From Candidatus Kerfeldbacteria bacterium CG_4_10_14_0_8_um_filter_42_10 (GTDB taxonomy: Bacteria; Patescibacteriota; Patescibacteriia; UM-FILTER-42-10), in the NCBI GenBank assembly GCA_002784945.1, contig PFMD01000002.1, positions 10,477 through 74,476 of the forward strand: a stretch of DNA of 64,000 bases, in the 5' to 3' direction. The notes beneath the pieces were generated by a model. It had not been told where the DNA came from, searched no databases, and was given only the letters and a program-made list of their open reading frames with translations. Made by a program: the position numbers and the translations under genes. Positions 28,224 to 37,402 of the stretch are shown in pieces (the first letter of the stretch is position 1; each line of letters begins with the position of its first letter).

Positions 28224-28340
28224 TTTTTATAATACGTTAAGCTTGACCGCAATAACACCAAACATCAAAAAGGCCAGTATGGCAATTCCCAACACAATTA
28301 TCAGCGTTCTGATATGATGATCTTTTAGGACCTTTTTCAT
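28224..28340 (-). CDS. possible 38-aa single-TM micro-protein
   Basis: ATG at 28338-28340 (minus) gives MKKVLKDHHIRTLIIVLGIAILAFLMFGVIAVKLNVL* in the ahcY / PfkB-kinase spacer. Translated by eye; not in the track because it is under 60 aa. Confidence 0.2.
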
Positions 28341-28357
28341 CCTGAATAAGTTAATGA

Positions 28358-29305
28358 TTAGTTTAATTTAGAGTCAAATATTTTAAGGAACCTACTTTTA
28401 ATTTCTGGAAGCGAAAAAGAATGCTCTTGCGTCCCATAATGCTCAATAGGATATGTCGCCACCAGTGTTGCCAATTGCACCGTCTTTTTTAACGGATAGC
28501 CGTTCGCCAATCCTTTTATTAATCCCGCCCGAAAAGCATCGCCAGCACCGGTCGGATCCACTATCTTACGGGGTTTTACCGCTTTTACGGCAAAGCTATC
28601 TTCCGAAGTTGCCACCTGCGCTCCTTTTTCTCCCTTTGTGACAATTACAATTTCCGCTAATCTTTTTATGTCGGTTAATGGCAGCGAAAGACGTTTGGAT
28701 ATCAGGGAAAACTCATAATCATTAACCACAAAAACTTTGGCGCCTTTAAGCAAAAACCTCAGGTCACGGTTAGTTAAAACTGGAATCTGCTGTCCCGGGT
28801 CAAATATGTAAGGAATTCCCTTATTCTTATAGAGACGACCGAGATCGACCATTTCAAACTTATTTCCCGGAGCGATTACCGCCAACGAATTCCTAGGATT
28901 CAGATTTTTGTATTCTCCGAAGTTAATCGAGGACTCTAGGGCCATGGCTCCTTTGTGAAAAGCGGTTATCTGGTTATTAGCACGGTCTGTTATTACATAA
29001 GCACAGGCAGTTAGTTCGTCATTGGTTATGCTGATTCCTTTTTGGGAAATTCCATTTTCCTTTAGCCACCCACGATAGTGGTTAAAATCCTTGCCGGCGC
29101 TGCCGATAATCGTGGGGTCTTCCTTAAGTAATTTAAGATTATAAGCAATGTTGCCGGCCGTTCCGCCAAAGTTTTCCTTCAATACTCCTATTTCAAAGCT
29201 CACGTTCAAAAGATGCACCTTCTCTGGCAAAATATGATCCTTGAAATAGCCAGGAAAATCCATTATTCTATCGTAGGCCAGTGACCCTGATACTAGTATC
29301 TTCAT
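28358..29305 (-). CDS. PfkB-family carbohydrate/nucleoside kinase (ribokinase-like; adenosine kinase is plausible)
   Basis: 315 aa; PfkB signature 2, DPTGAGDAFRAG; adenosine is a product of the adjacent ahcY. Confidence 0.75.
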   Translation of the reverse strand: MKILVSGSLAYDRIMDFPGYFKDHILPEKVHLLNVSFEIGVLKENFGGTAGNIAYNLKLLKEDPTIIGSAGKDFNHYRGWLKENGISQKGISITNDELTACAYVITDRANNQITAFHKGAMALESSINFGEYKNLNPRNSLAVIAPGNKFEMVDLGRLYKNKGIPYIFDPGQQIPVLTNRDLRFLLKGAKVFVVNDYEFSLISKRLSLPLTDIKRLAEIVIVTKGEKGAQVATSEDSFAVKAVKPRKIVDPTGAGDAFRAGLIKGLANGYPLKKTVQLATLVATYPIEHYGTQEHSFSLPEIKSRFLKIFDSKLN

Positions 29306-29318
29306 AACTTTTATATTA

Positions 29319-29439
29319 TGAGAGCATTGAATAATTATGAAATGCTCTCATCCTGAGTGAAGCGAAGGATCTAATTTGACTAAGCTTAGCGACCCCTCAT
29401 TTCATTCGGGGTGAGATTGTTGAAATATTCAACAATCTC
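29319..29439 (+). ncRNA. conserved structured element, copy 2, ending in a 12-bp perfect hairpin
   Basis: Aligns with 5366-5473 (TGAGAGCATTGAATAATTATGAAATGCTCTCATCCTGAGTGAAGCGAAGGATCTAA…AGCGACCCCTCATTTCATTCGGGGTGAGATTGTTGA). Preceded by TATATT 1 nt upstream. Ends with GAGATTGTTGAAATATTCAACAATCTC (29413-29439) followed by ATTATATATGCTTTT. Confidence 0.35.
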
Positions 29440-29440
29440 A

Positions 29441-29971
29441 TTATATATGCTTTTGGGCAAAAACCCAAGCGGCAATAGACTGCCCGTCCCAGATTTTATT
29501 CGACTTGATTAACTTAGCCACTTCAGTAATCGGATATTCTACAGCTTCTATCTGTTCTGTCTCGTCTAATCGCTGCTTTGTTTTTAACAGACCCTTTGCC
29601 AAAAAAACATGACAGACCTCATTAGTACAACCATTAAATGGGTTAAACCAACCCAGTTTTTTAAATTTCTTGGCGCGATATCCTGCCTCTTCTTCTAGTT
29701 CGGCCTTGGCGGCAGAAAGTGGAGTTTGACCTCTTTTAATTCCACCCATCGGAAATTCAATGCTGGGTTTTTTCGCTAAGTAGCGATACTGCTTCACTAA
29801 CACCACTTTTTTGCTTTCAAGCACAGGAATAATCAAAACCGAGCCTTTGCTGCTGGTATAGTAATAGTCTCCTACTTTCTGGGAAGGAAGATAAAAACGA
29901 TCGTGCTTGTATTCAACCCAAGGAGTTTTTAAAAAAGTTCTGGACGATATGGTTTGCCAAGTTTTTTTCAT
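29441..29971 (-). CDS. NUDIX hydrolase (ADP-ribose pyrophosphatase-like)
   Basis: 176 aa; Nudix box GGIKRGQTPLSAAKAELEEEAGY. Confidence 0.8.
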   Translation of the reverse strand: MKKTWQTISSRTFLKTPWVEYKHDRFYLPSQKVGDYYYTSSKGSVLIIPVLESKKVVLVKQYRYLAKKPSIEFPMGGIKRGQTPLSAAKAELEEEAGYRAKKFKKLGWFNPFNGCTNEVCHVFLAKGLLKTKQRLDETEQIEAVEYPITEVAKLIKSNKIWDGQSIAAWVFAQKHI

Positions 29972-29976
29972 TCAGA

Positions 29977-30083
29977 TTAGTAGCTTTGTAGCTTCTTAGC
30001 TTCTTAGCTTTTTAGCTTATTAGGCTTAGATTACGGATAGCTCAACTAAAAAGCTAATAAGCTACCAACCCAAGAAGCTAATT
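29977..30083. repeat. TAGCTT/AAGCTA-word palindromic intergenic element, copy 3
   Basis: TTAGTAGCTTTGTAGCTTCTTAGCTTCTTAGCTTTTTAGCTTATTAGGCTTAG…CTAAAAAGCTAATAAGCTACC…AAGAAGCTAAT. Spans from the NUDIX start codon to the rmlC TAG stop (overlapped). Confidence 0.6.
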
Positions 30084-30560
30084 TCTATTCCAGTCAAAAC
30101 CTATTTTAGGATCATCAAAAGACAATCTTTCTTCGTCTGGATCATTTACGTTATAGCTTTCCGTGGTGTGGTAAAAAAGCAAGACCGGTTCCTTAGAAAT
30201 GACCTTGTAGCCATGCGCCACCCCGGCGGGAATTACAATCAGTTTATAGTCATCCTGGCCGGCATAAACTACTTGGGCTTCTCCTTTAGTAGAGGAATTC
30301 TCCCTCAGATCATACAAAACGACCATGGCTTGGCCGGTTGCGACAAACCAAAGATCGTCCTGTTTTTTATGGTAGTGAAATGCTTTGATGGCATCCTGGT
30401 ACGCAACGGTAAAAGTCGTTTGTCCAAATTTTTTTAGCAATCCTTCATCATCGCGGAGCACTTCCATTAAAAAGCCGGGTTTTTCCTTACTGTCTTTTCG
30501 GTCAGGAATATCCTGATGGACCGCTAATTTTTTTATTTTTACACCCTTAATAATTTCCAT
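30078..30560 (-). CDS. rmlC: dTDP-4-dehydrorhamnose 3,5-epimerase (RmlC-like cupin, short form)
   Basis: 160 aa; FHYHKKQDDLWFVATGQAMVVLYDLR, IPAGVAHGY and C-terminal NDPDEERLSFDDPKIGFDW follow the RmlC pattern. Confidence 0.6.
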   Translation of the reverse strand: MEIIKGVKIKKLAVHQDIPDRKDSKEKPGFLMEVLRDDEGLLKKFGQTTFTVAYQDAIKAFHYHKKQDDLWFVATGQAMVVLYDLRENSSTKGEAQVVYAGQDDYKLIVIPAGVAHGYKVISKEPVLLFYHTTESYNVNDPDEERLSFDDPKIGFDWNRN

Positions 30561-31285
30561 TATTTTTGGTTTACCTTATTATAAAGAATTCGTGCGGTCT
30601 CAAAAAGAGTGTCTATTGATTCTCCTGCGTCTCCCCACCATCCCTTCATAATCTCGTAGGTAAGTATGTCTTGCTGAAGGTAAAAGTTGTTGACGTCGGT
30701 AATTTCCAATTCTCCCCTTGATGACGGCTTTAGATTCTTTATTACTTTAAATACTTGAGCGTCATAGAAATACACTCCAATCACTGCCAGATTACTGGCT
30801 GAGTTCTTTGGCTTTTCAACTATTTTTTCAATTTTTTCATTTTTAATAAAAGCAATACCGTATTGTTCCGGATGATCCACTTTCTTTAAGAAAATCTTCG
30901 CTCCTTTTTCCTGTTTTGTAAAATCATGAACAGCTGAACTCAAGTTGTGGTCAAATATATTGTCACCAAGAACTACCGCTACGGGGCCTTCATCCGCAAA
31001 ATCCTCAGCTAGATTCAAGGCCTGAGCAATCCCTCCGGGTTCTTCCTGCACCGCATAAGACAGGTGAACACCCAATTCTCTACCATCCCCCAATAATTCC
31101 AAAAAGTGTCCGGCGTGCCCCTTTCCTGATACAATCAAAATTTGATCAATACCAGCCAGTTGCAAAGACTGTAGCGGATAATAAATCATAGGTTTATTGT
31201 AAACCGGCAATAGATGTTTGTTAGTAACTTTAGTTAACGGGGACAAACGCGAGCCTGTCCCTCCGGCGAGAATGATTCCCTTCAT
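30560..31285 (-). CDS. rmlA: glucose-1-phosphate thymidylyltransferase-like sugar nucleotidyltransferase (short form)
   Basis: 241 aa; MKGIILAGGTGSRLSPLT…KHLLPVYNKPMIYYPL signature; translationally coupled to rmlC. Confidence 0.7.
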   Translation of the reverse strand: MKGIILAGGTGSRLSPLTKVTNKHLLPVYNKPMIYYPLQSLQLAGIDQILIVSGKGHAGHFLELLGDGRELGVHLSYAVQEEPGGIAQALNLAEDFADEGPVAVVLGDNIFDHNLSSAVHDFTKQEKGAKIFLKKVDHPEQYGIAFIKNEKIEKIVEKPKNSASNLAVIGVYFYDAQVFKVIKNLKPSSRGELEITDVNNFYLQQDILTYEIMKGWWGDAGESIDTLFETARILYNKVNQK

Positions 31286-31361
31286 GGTTTTTAAATGGTT
31301 AATTGTCTAAAAATACTAGAATTTTCTAAATTCAATTCTATACTATAATATTTTATTTAAC

Positions 31362-31390
31362 TTTACAAGTTTAGTCCTGTTTGTTATAAT
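31362..31390 (+). promoter_or_regulatory. sigma70-type promoter TTTACA, 17 nt spacer, TATAAT for the plus-strand glycan operon
   Basis: -35 at 31362-31367, 17-nt spacer, perfect -10 at 31385-31390. Sits in the divergent spacer between rmlA and the 31436 epimerase gene. Confidence 0.4.
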
Positions 31391-31435
31391 TATCACCAAA
31401 TTGAGTTTAAATATCTCCTCTATAATTTTAGAAAA

Positions 31436-32392
31436 ATGACCACAATTTTAGTTACGGGCGGCGCGGGTTTTATTGGATCCCATATTTGCAAAAAACTGGT
31501 GGAACGCGGCGATCTGGTAATTTGCCTTGATAATTTCAATAATTATTACTCGCCTCTTCGAAAAATAGAAAACATCAAGCCCTTTTTGGACAAGAGTAAT
31601 TTTCTTCTTTATGTAGTTGATGTTACCAATAAAATTTCATTAGAGGAAGTATTTAAAAAACATAAAATTGATAAAATCGTCCATCTGGCGGCGCGAGCTG
31701 GGGTGCGACCTTCCATTGAACAGCCCTTGCTGTATCAAGAAGCAAACGTTCAAGGTACGGTAAACTTATTAGAGCTTTCGAAAAAATACGGAATAAAAAA
31801 TTTCATTTTCGGATCATCATCTTCCGTATATGGGGAAAACAAAAAAATTCCCTTTACGGAGAATGACAATGTTGATTATCCCGTTTCTCCTTATGCGGCT
31901 TCTAAAAAAGCCTGCGAGCTTTTTTGCTATACCTACAGTCATCTCACTAATCTGAATATAACCTGTTTGAGATTTTTTACGGTTTACGGTCCTCAGGGAA
32001 GGCCCGATATGGTTCCCTACCGTTTTACCGACTGGATCTATCAAGGCCAGGAACTTATTCGCTATGGCGATGGAACCACCAGGCGCGATTATACCTACAT
32101 TGATGATATTATTCAGGGAATTTTGTTAGCCTTGGAGAAAAATTTCAAATTCGAAATTATTAATTTAGGAAATTCTCAAACGGTGGAATTAAGCTATTTT
32201 ATTAGTGTTATCGAAAATCTTTTAGATAAAAAGGCTAAAATAAAAGTGCTGCCCGAACAGCCCGGCGACGTTCCCATTACCTATGCCGATATTTCTAAGG
32301 CGCAAGAGCTTTTGGGATTTGCGCCTAAAACGAAAATAGAAGAGGGAATGGAAAAATTTGTTAAGTGGTATTTAAATAATCTAAAAAAATAA
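31436..32392 (+). CDS. NAD-dependent nucleotide-sugar epimerase/dehydratase (extended SDR; UDP-GlcA/GalNAc 4-epimerase-like)
   Basis: 318 aa; TGGAGFIGSH Rossmann motif, YAASK catalytic YxxxK. Confidence 0.75.
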   Translation: MTTILVTGGAGFIGSHICKKLVERGDLVICLDNFNNYYSPLRKIENIKPFLDKSNFLLYVVDVTNKISLEEVFKKHKIDKIVHLAARAGVRPSIEQPLLYQEANVQGTVNLLELSKKYGIKNFIFGSSSSVYGENKKIPFTENDNVDYPVSPYAASKKACELFCYTYSHLTNLNITCLRFFTVYGPQGRPDMVPYRFTDWIYQGQELIRYGDGTTRRDYTYIDDIIQGILLALEKNFKFEIINLGNSQTVELSYFISVIENLLDKKAKIKVLPEQPGDVPITYADISKAQELLGFAPKTKIEEGMEKFVKWYLNNLKK

Positions 32393-33363
32393 TGACTAAT
32401 GAAATAAAACCTAAATATTCAATTATTGTTCCGGCTTACAATGAAGCGGAATCAATTGAAAAGCTGCATCAGGATATTGTCTCCGTGATGAACGCTCAGA
32501 ACGAGCCTTATGAAATTATTTTTATTGATGACGGATCCAAAGATGCCACCTTTGAAACAATGCAATCGCTTACTCCTCTTAAAATAATTAAGTTTCGGGG
32601 CAATTACGGTCAAACCGCCGGCTTAGATGCCGGGATCAAGCAGGCATGCGGTGAAATATTGATCACCTTAGATAGCGATGGCCAGAATCCCCCTTATGAA
32701 ATTCCCAAGCTTATTTCTAAAATGAAAGAGGGCTGGGATGTAGTTTCCGGATGGCGGCATAAAAGAAAAGATTCCTTTTTAAAAAAATTCGTATCACGGG
32801 GAGCGAACGCTTTAAGAAAAATATTGATTAATGACCACATTCATGATTCCGGCTGCACCTTAAAAGCATTTAAGAAAGAATGCTTTAACGGGTTAGATCT
32901 TTTTGGTGAAATACATCGGTTCATACCGGCTATTCTAATCTGGAAGGGATTCAAAGTAGCTGAGGTGAGAGTAGATCATTTACCCAGGATGAAAGGAAAA
33001 ACAAAGTACAACTGGAAAAGAATATTAAAAGGTTTCATTGATATGCTGTCTGTATGGTTTTGGAGAAAGTATTCTAATCGCCCTTTACATTTATTCGGCG
33101 GAGTCGGAATTCTTTTCGGACTGCTCGGCACGGTTCTGGGATTGTATTTAGCAGTTGCCCGAATTCTAAAATTGATTTCACTGCAACGCAGCATTTGGCC
33201 GTTAGTTTCTATCTTTTTGATTTTGGCTGGAATCCAACTGTTTATTTCGGGATTATTGGCCGATATCGCCATAAAAAACTACTATAAAGGAAATCGCCTT
33301 ACTGTTTATAACATCGAGAAGATAGTGGTAAATGATTCAAAAGATAAAAAATTAACTGCGTGA
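32392..33363 (+). CDS. GT2 polyprenyl-phosphate glycosyltransferase (DPM1/ArnC/GtrB-like) with C-terminal TM pair
   Basis: 323 aa; IIVPAYNEAESI, FIDDGSKD and DSDGQNPP motifs, then two C-terminal TM helices. This is the architecture of Und-P-sugar synthases that feed GT-C transferases. Confidence 0.7.
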   Translation: MTNEIKPKYSIIVPAYNEAESIEKLHQDIVSVMNAQNEPYEIIFIDDGSKDATFETMQSLTPLKIIKFRGNYGQTAGLDAGIKQACGEILITLDSDGQNPPYEIPKLISKMKEGWDVVSGWRHKRKDSFLKKFVSRGANALRKILINDHIHDSGCTLKAFKKECFNGLDLFGEIHRFIPAILIWKGFKVAEVRVDHLPRMKGKTKYNWKRILKGFIDMLSVWFWRKYSNRPLHLFGGVGILFGLLGTVLGLYLAVARILKLISLQRSIWPLVSIFLILAGIQLFISGLLADIAIKNYYKGNRLTVYNIEKIVVNDSKDKKLTA

Positions 33364-33408
33364 TTTTATAAAAATTAATTCCTTTGGTAATCCCTTCTGG
33401 ACGAAAGA

Positions 33409-34563
33409 ATGAGAATTTTACTGATCAATAACGAGTATCCTCCGATTGGGGGTGGCGGCTCAACCGTTAATAAATATACTGCTGAATATTTTGTCAGGCT
33501 GGGTCACGAAGTACATCTCGTCACCTCAAAATACCAAGATTTACCCCGTGAAACAAAAGAAAATGGCATTTATATCCATCGCATTCCCGCTGTCCGAAGA
33601 TATAAGGATTTTTGTTCATGGTGGGAACTGGCTACATTTACTGTTTCGGCCATCTGGTTTTCTTCGATTTTCATAAAAAAAATAAAACCAGACCTAATCC
33701 AGTCATATTTTGCCGTACCATCCGGCTTGGTAGCCTGGCTGGTAACCAGATTTCAAAGAGGTATCCCCTACTTTGTTTATTTAGGAGGTTCCGACGTTCC
33801 CGGAGCAAACCCTTCCCGTTTTAAGTATTTGTATCCTTTTCTTAAACCATTAATAAAGCTAATCTTTCGCCAATCCCAAGCGGTCATTGCTTGCTCTGAT
33901 CGTCTATTAGCGCTCGCTAAAATGGTGGACCACAAGTCTAATATTGTTTTAATACCAAATGGCGTTGACACAACCCGTTTTCAGCCAGCTTTACCCAAAT
34001 CACCATCAGACGAATTAATTATTTTAGGGGTGGGGAGATTAATAAAAAGAAAAGGGTTTCAGTTCGTTATTCAAGCCTTGCCGCAAGTTCTTGAAAAATC
34101 GAAGCGGAAGTTCAAGTTCAGAATAGTCGGGATCGGCGAATACAAAACTGAACTTGAAAAAATTATCAACTCCGGCGGCCTAAGCCAATATATTGAATTT
34201 AGGGGTTTGGTCGACTATTCAAATTTGCATGAAGAATACCAGCAGGCGGATATTTTCGTAATGCCTTCCTTATCCGAGGGAATGCCCTGCGCCTTGCTTG
34301 AAGCGATGGCTTGCGGTCTTCCGGCAATTGTGACTAAAGTTTCCGGAAACGATGAATTGGTAAAAAACGGAGTGAATGGCTACCTTTATGATGTGGATAA
34401 TCAAGGCAAAGATTGCGATCTTCGCGGCTTGTCGGATCATTTGGCAAATTTATTGAATGACGACGATATGCGGGCTAAGATGGCCCAAGCATCGCGGGAA
34501 ACAACTAAACGATATGATTGGAAAAATATATCTTTGGAATATCTGAAATTATACGAGCAATAA
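33409..34563 (+). CDS. GT4-family (GT-B) glycosyltransferase
   Basis: 384 aa; MRILLINNEYPPIGGGGS N-terminus; C-terminal EGMPCALLEAMACGLPAIVT (E-x7-E). Confidence 0.8.
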   Translation: MRILLINNEYPPIGGGGSTVNKYTAEYFVRLGHEVHLVTSKYQDLPRETKENGIYIHRIPAVRRYKDFCSWWELATFTVSAIWFSSIFIKKIKPDLIQSYFAVPSGLVAWLVTRFQRGIPYFVYLGGSDVPGANPSRFKYLYPFLKPLIKLIFRQSQAVIACSDRLLALAKMVDHKSNIVLIPNGVDTTRFQPALPKSPSDELIILGVGRLIKRKGFQFVIQALPQVLEKSKRKFKFRIVGIGEYKTELEKIINSGGLSQYIEFRGLVDYSNLHEEYQQADIFVMPSLSEGMPCALLEAMACGLPAIVTKVSGNDELVKNGVNGYLYDVDNQGKDCDLRGLSDHLANLLNDDDMRAKMAQASRETTKRYDWKNISLEYLKLYEQ

Positions 34564-34581
34564 TGAATTTGTTTAGATTTT

Positions 34582-35580
34582 ATGAAAAACGGCAAGGAAT
34601 TAAAAAGACTATTTAGCAATAAGAAAGCACTGGTCATAGGCGGCCTGGGATTTATCGGTTCAAATATCGCTCACGCTTTAGTAGGGCTAGGAGCGAGAGT
34701 TACAATTTTTTCGCATAGTAAAAAAAAGATTCATAATCTTAAAGGGATTGAAAAAAAAGTTAAAATCATTATAGGAAACATTACTAATTTTTCTTCGGTC
34801 GGTCGCATCATGAAGGGTAAGGACTACATTTTTAACTGCGCTGCTCAAGTTTCATATTTGGATTCGATTAGAAACCCCGTATTGGATCTAGAAACGAACT
34901 GCCACGGTCAGCTGAATATACTAGAGGCGGTGAGAAAAAACTGCCCGAAAGCCAAAATTTTGTTCACTTCTTCCCGTTTGGTTTACGGCAAGGTAACCAC
35001 GCCTATTGTTTCGGAGAATCATCCCACTAATCCTGTTTCCATTTATGCGGCGCACAAATTAGTGGCAGAGAAGTATCATGTTCTTTATCATAAAATTCAC
35101 GGCCTCAACACGGTAATCGCCAGAATTCCCAATCCTTATGGACCCAGACAGCAAATTAATAACATGAAAAGCGGTGCGATCGTCGGCTGGATAATGAAGG
35201 AATTAATGGATGGCGAACAGGTGAAAATTTTCGGAAGTGGCAAGCAAAAAAGGAATTACCTGTTTATTGACGATTTAGTGAACATTCTTCTGCTACTAAT
35301 TACTGATAAAAACGCGAATCGAGGCGAAATATTTAACGTGGGAACAACTGAAACTAATACCTTTAATGAGATGGTAAAAAAGGTTTTTAAAGCGGTGCGA
35401 AGAGGAAGTTACGCCCATATTCCCTGGCCGAAGGATTTTGAGAAAAATGAAACTGGCGATTACGTACCTGATCTTAAAAAAGTTCGGTCGTTTACTGGTT
35501 ATCGAGTATATACTCCTTTAGCAGAAGGGGTGAAAAAAATGATTGAATTTTACAAAAATAATAAAAAATATTATTGGTAA
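34582..35580 (+). CDS. NAD-dependent epimerase/dehydratase (extended SDR)
   Basis: 332 aa; VIGGLGFIGSNIA, YAAHK. Confidence 0.7.
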   Translation: MKNGKELKRLFSNKKALVIGGLGFIGSNIAHALVGLGARVTIFSHSKKKIHNLKGIEKKVKIIIGNITNFSSVGRIMKGKDYIFNCAAQVSYLDSIRNPVLDLETNCHGQLNILEAVRKNCPKAKILFTSSRLVYGKVTTPIVSENHPTNPVSIYAAHKLVAEKYHVLYHKIHGLNTVIARIPNPYGPRQQINNMKSGAIVGWIMKELMDGEQVKIFGSGKQKRNYLFIDDLVNILLLLITDKNANRGEIFNVGTTETNTFNEMVKKVFKAVRRGSYAHIPWPKDFEKNETGDYVPDLKKVRSFTGYRVYTPLAEGVKKMIEFYKNNKKYYW

Positions 35581-35586
35581 TGAAAT

Positions 35587-36471
35587 ATGAAAATTTTTAA
35601 ACTCCTGCTTTATCTAATAGTTAGAAATATTCGGTGGCAAATTATAAAGTTAGCCGCTAAGAACAACGAGATTATCAAAATCATTAAAGGGAATAAGATG
35701 ATTCTTTCCACCTCTCGGAAAGGAGCAGATCTTAAGGAACATAGCATCTTCAAACAATTGGCGCTGGACGGAGAACGGGAATCAGAAGCAACAAAAATTC
35801 TAGAAAAAATAATCAAACCCGGACAAGTTATTTTTGAATTGGGCGCGAATATCGGTTACTACGTACTGATCGAAACAAACTTAATCGGGCCTCAAGGAAA
35901 AATTTACGCCATTGAACCAGAACCTGCTAATTTTGCATTGCTAAAAAGAAATGTCGAAATAAACAAGCTAAATAACGTTCAGTTGTTTAATATTGCCATA
36001 TCGGACCAAGCCGGCAATTTTCCGTTTTACGTCACGGAAAATTCAAACCTGCATTCTATGATCGAACCGAAGGATGGTGAATATAAAAAAGTAATGATAA
36101 AAACGGAGACTGTGGACGAATTTCTTAAAGGCAAAGGCGAGATCAATTTTATTCGAATGGATATTGAAGGTTACGAATATAACGCCCTCAGAGGAATGCG
36201 TGAAACATTAGAGAAAAATCCGAATATTAGTCTATTTATTGAATTACATTGTAATCTCATTGGACCGGATAAAAGCAAGGCCATTTTGAAGGATCTACGG
36301 GCATACGGATTTGAAATACTGTATTTGGTTGCCCATGACAATTTCCAGAGAAGGATAATGGGTGAAACAACCGTAGAACAAATGTCGATAAACGATTTCT
36401 GTAACGATCCCCGTTTATTGAATAAACAAAATGCCTTTGAAATATTTTTCAGTAAACAAAATGCTCAGTAA
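35587..36471 (+). CDS. FkbM-family SAM-dependent methyltransferase
   Basis: 294 aa; ELGANIGYY and the overall FkbM-domain pattern; start may be an internal Met. Confidence 0.55.
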   Translation: MKIFKLLLYLIVRNIRWQIIKLAAKNNEIIKIIKGNKMILSTSRKGADLKEHSIFKQLALDGERESEATKILEKIIKPGQVIFELGANIGYYVLIETNLIGPQGKIYAIEPEPANFALLKRNVEINKLNNVQLFNIAISDQAGNFPFYVTENSNLHSMIEPKDGEYKKVMIKTETVDEFLKGKGEINFIRMDIEGYEYNALRGMRETLEKNPNISLFIELHCNLIGPDKSKAILKDLRAYGFEILYLVAHDNFQRRIMGETTVEQMSINDFCNDPRLLNKQNAFEIFFSKQNAQ

Positions 36472-37327
36472 ATACAAAATCACTGTTTGCATTCTGCATT
36501 TCAGAAAAATAAAACAATTAAAAAAAACTATCGCCGATTTGTTGGCAAACACCGTCACTCCCATTAAAATCAAACTGTTAAATCAAGGCTACCTTGACGG
36601 TGAAATAACGTCTTACCTCCAACAATTGGAATCTTTAGACAATGTGGAAATTATTTACGGCAAAACAAACATTGGTTGTTCCCCGGGTAGAAATTTGCTT
36701 ACGCACGATATTGACACGCCCTTTATAATGATCTTGGATGACGATATTTATGTCAGCAAAAATTGGGATATCCCTGTTATGGAATATTTCGATACTCATC
36801 CTAAAATTGGTGCCATTGGATTTTCACTGTACAAAACGAACGCTAAATTCTGGTTTACTGGCGGACAATATTTAAATCTTAAAGGCAAAACAATTACCGC
36901 CAAGCGACCTTTTTTAGACCCTCAGACTACCAGCCAAGAATTCATTACGGTAGATGATATTTGCGCCGGAGCAATGATATATCGAAGTGAACTGCAAAAT
37001 ATCATACCCTGGGACAAAAACTATTTTATTGCCTTTGAAGACCTGGAAAAAGCGGTTTACCTAAAACGAAGCGGTTACCAATGCGCTGTTTCCATTCAAA
37101 GTAAATTCATACATGACAAGGTTTCAGAGCAAAAAGAGTTTAGGGAGTATAATAAGGATCGAAGAAATTATCACGCTATGCGCAAGGCTTATCTCCATTT
37201 CCTGACCAAAAATGGCCTTAGAATGGAGTTAAAGCGTCACATCTTCTATAAGTACTTCTGCCTTTTGCCTGAATCCTTTTTAAGAAATTTTTCATATTTT
37301 TGGCTAAAATTAAAATCAAGGGATTAG
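36431..37327 (+). CDS. putative glycosyltransferase (GT-A/GT2-like, DxD)
   Basis: 298 aa; ILDDDIYVS DxD-type motif; weak assignment. Confidence 0.35.
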   Translation: MPLKYFSVNKMLSKYKITVCILHFRKIKQLKKTIADLLANTVTPIKIKLLNQGYLDGEITSYLQQLESLDNVEIIYGKTNIGCSPGRNLLTHDIDTPFIMILDDDIYVSKNWDIPVMEYFDTHPKIGAIGFSLYKTNAKFWFTGGQYLNLKGKTITAKRPFLDPQTTSQEFITVDDICAGAMIYRSELQNIIPWDKNYFIAFEDLEKAVYLKRSGYQCAVSIQSKFIHDKVSEQKEFREYNKDRRNYHAMRKAYLHFLTKNGLRMELKRHIFYKYFCLLPESFLRNFSYFWLKLKSRD

Positions 37328-37402
37328 AACATTAGCTTAGTTTAAAAATCTTAACAAAAACTGGATTTCTAAGAAGAAATTCCCTAATTACACTTAACTC
37401 TC

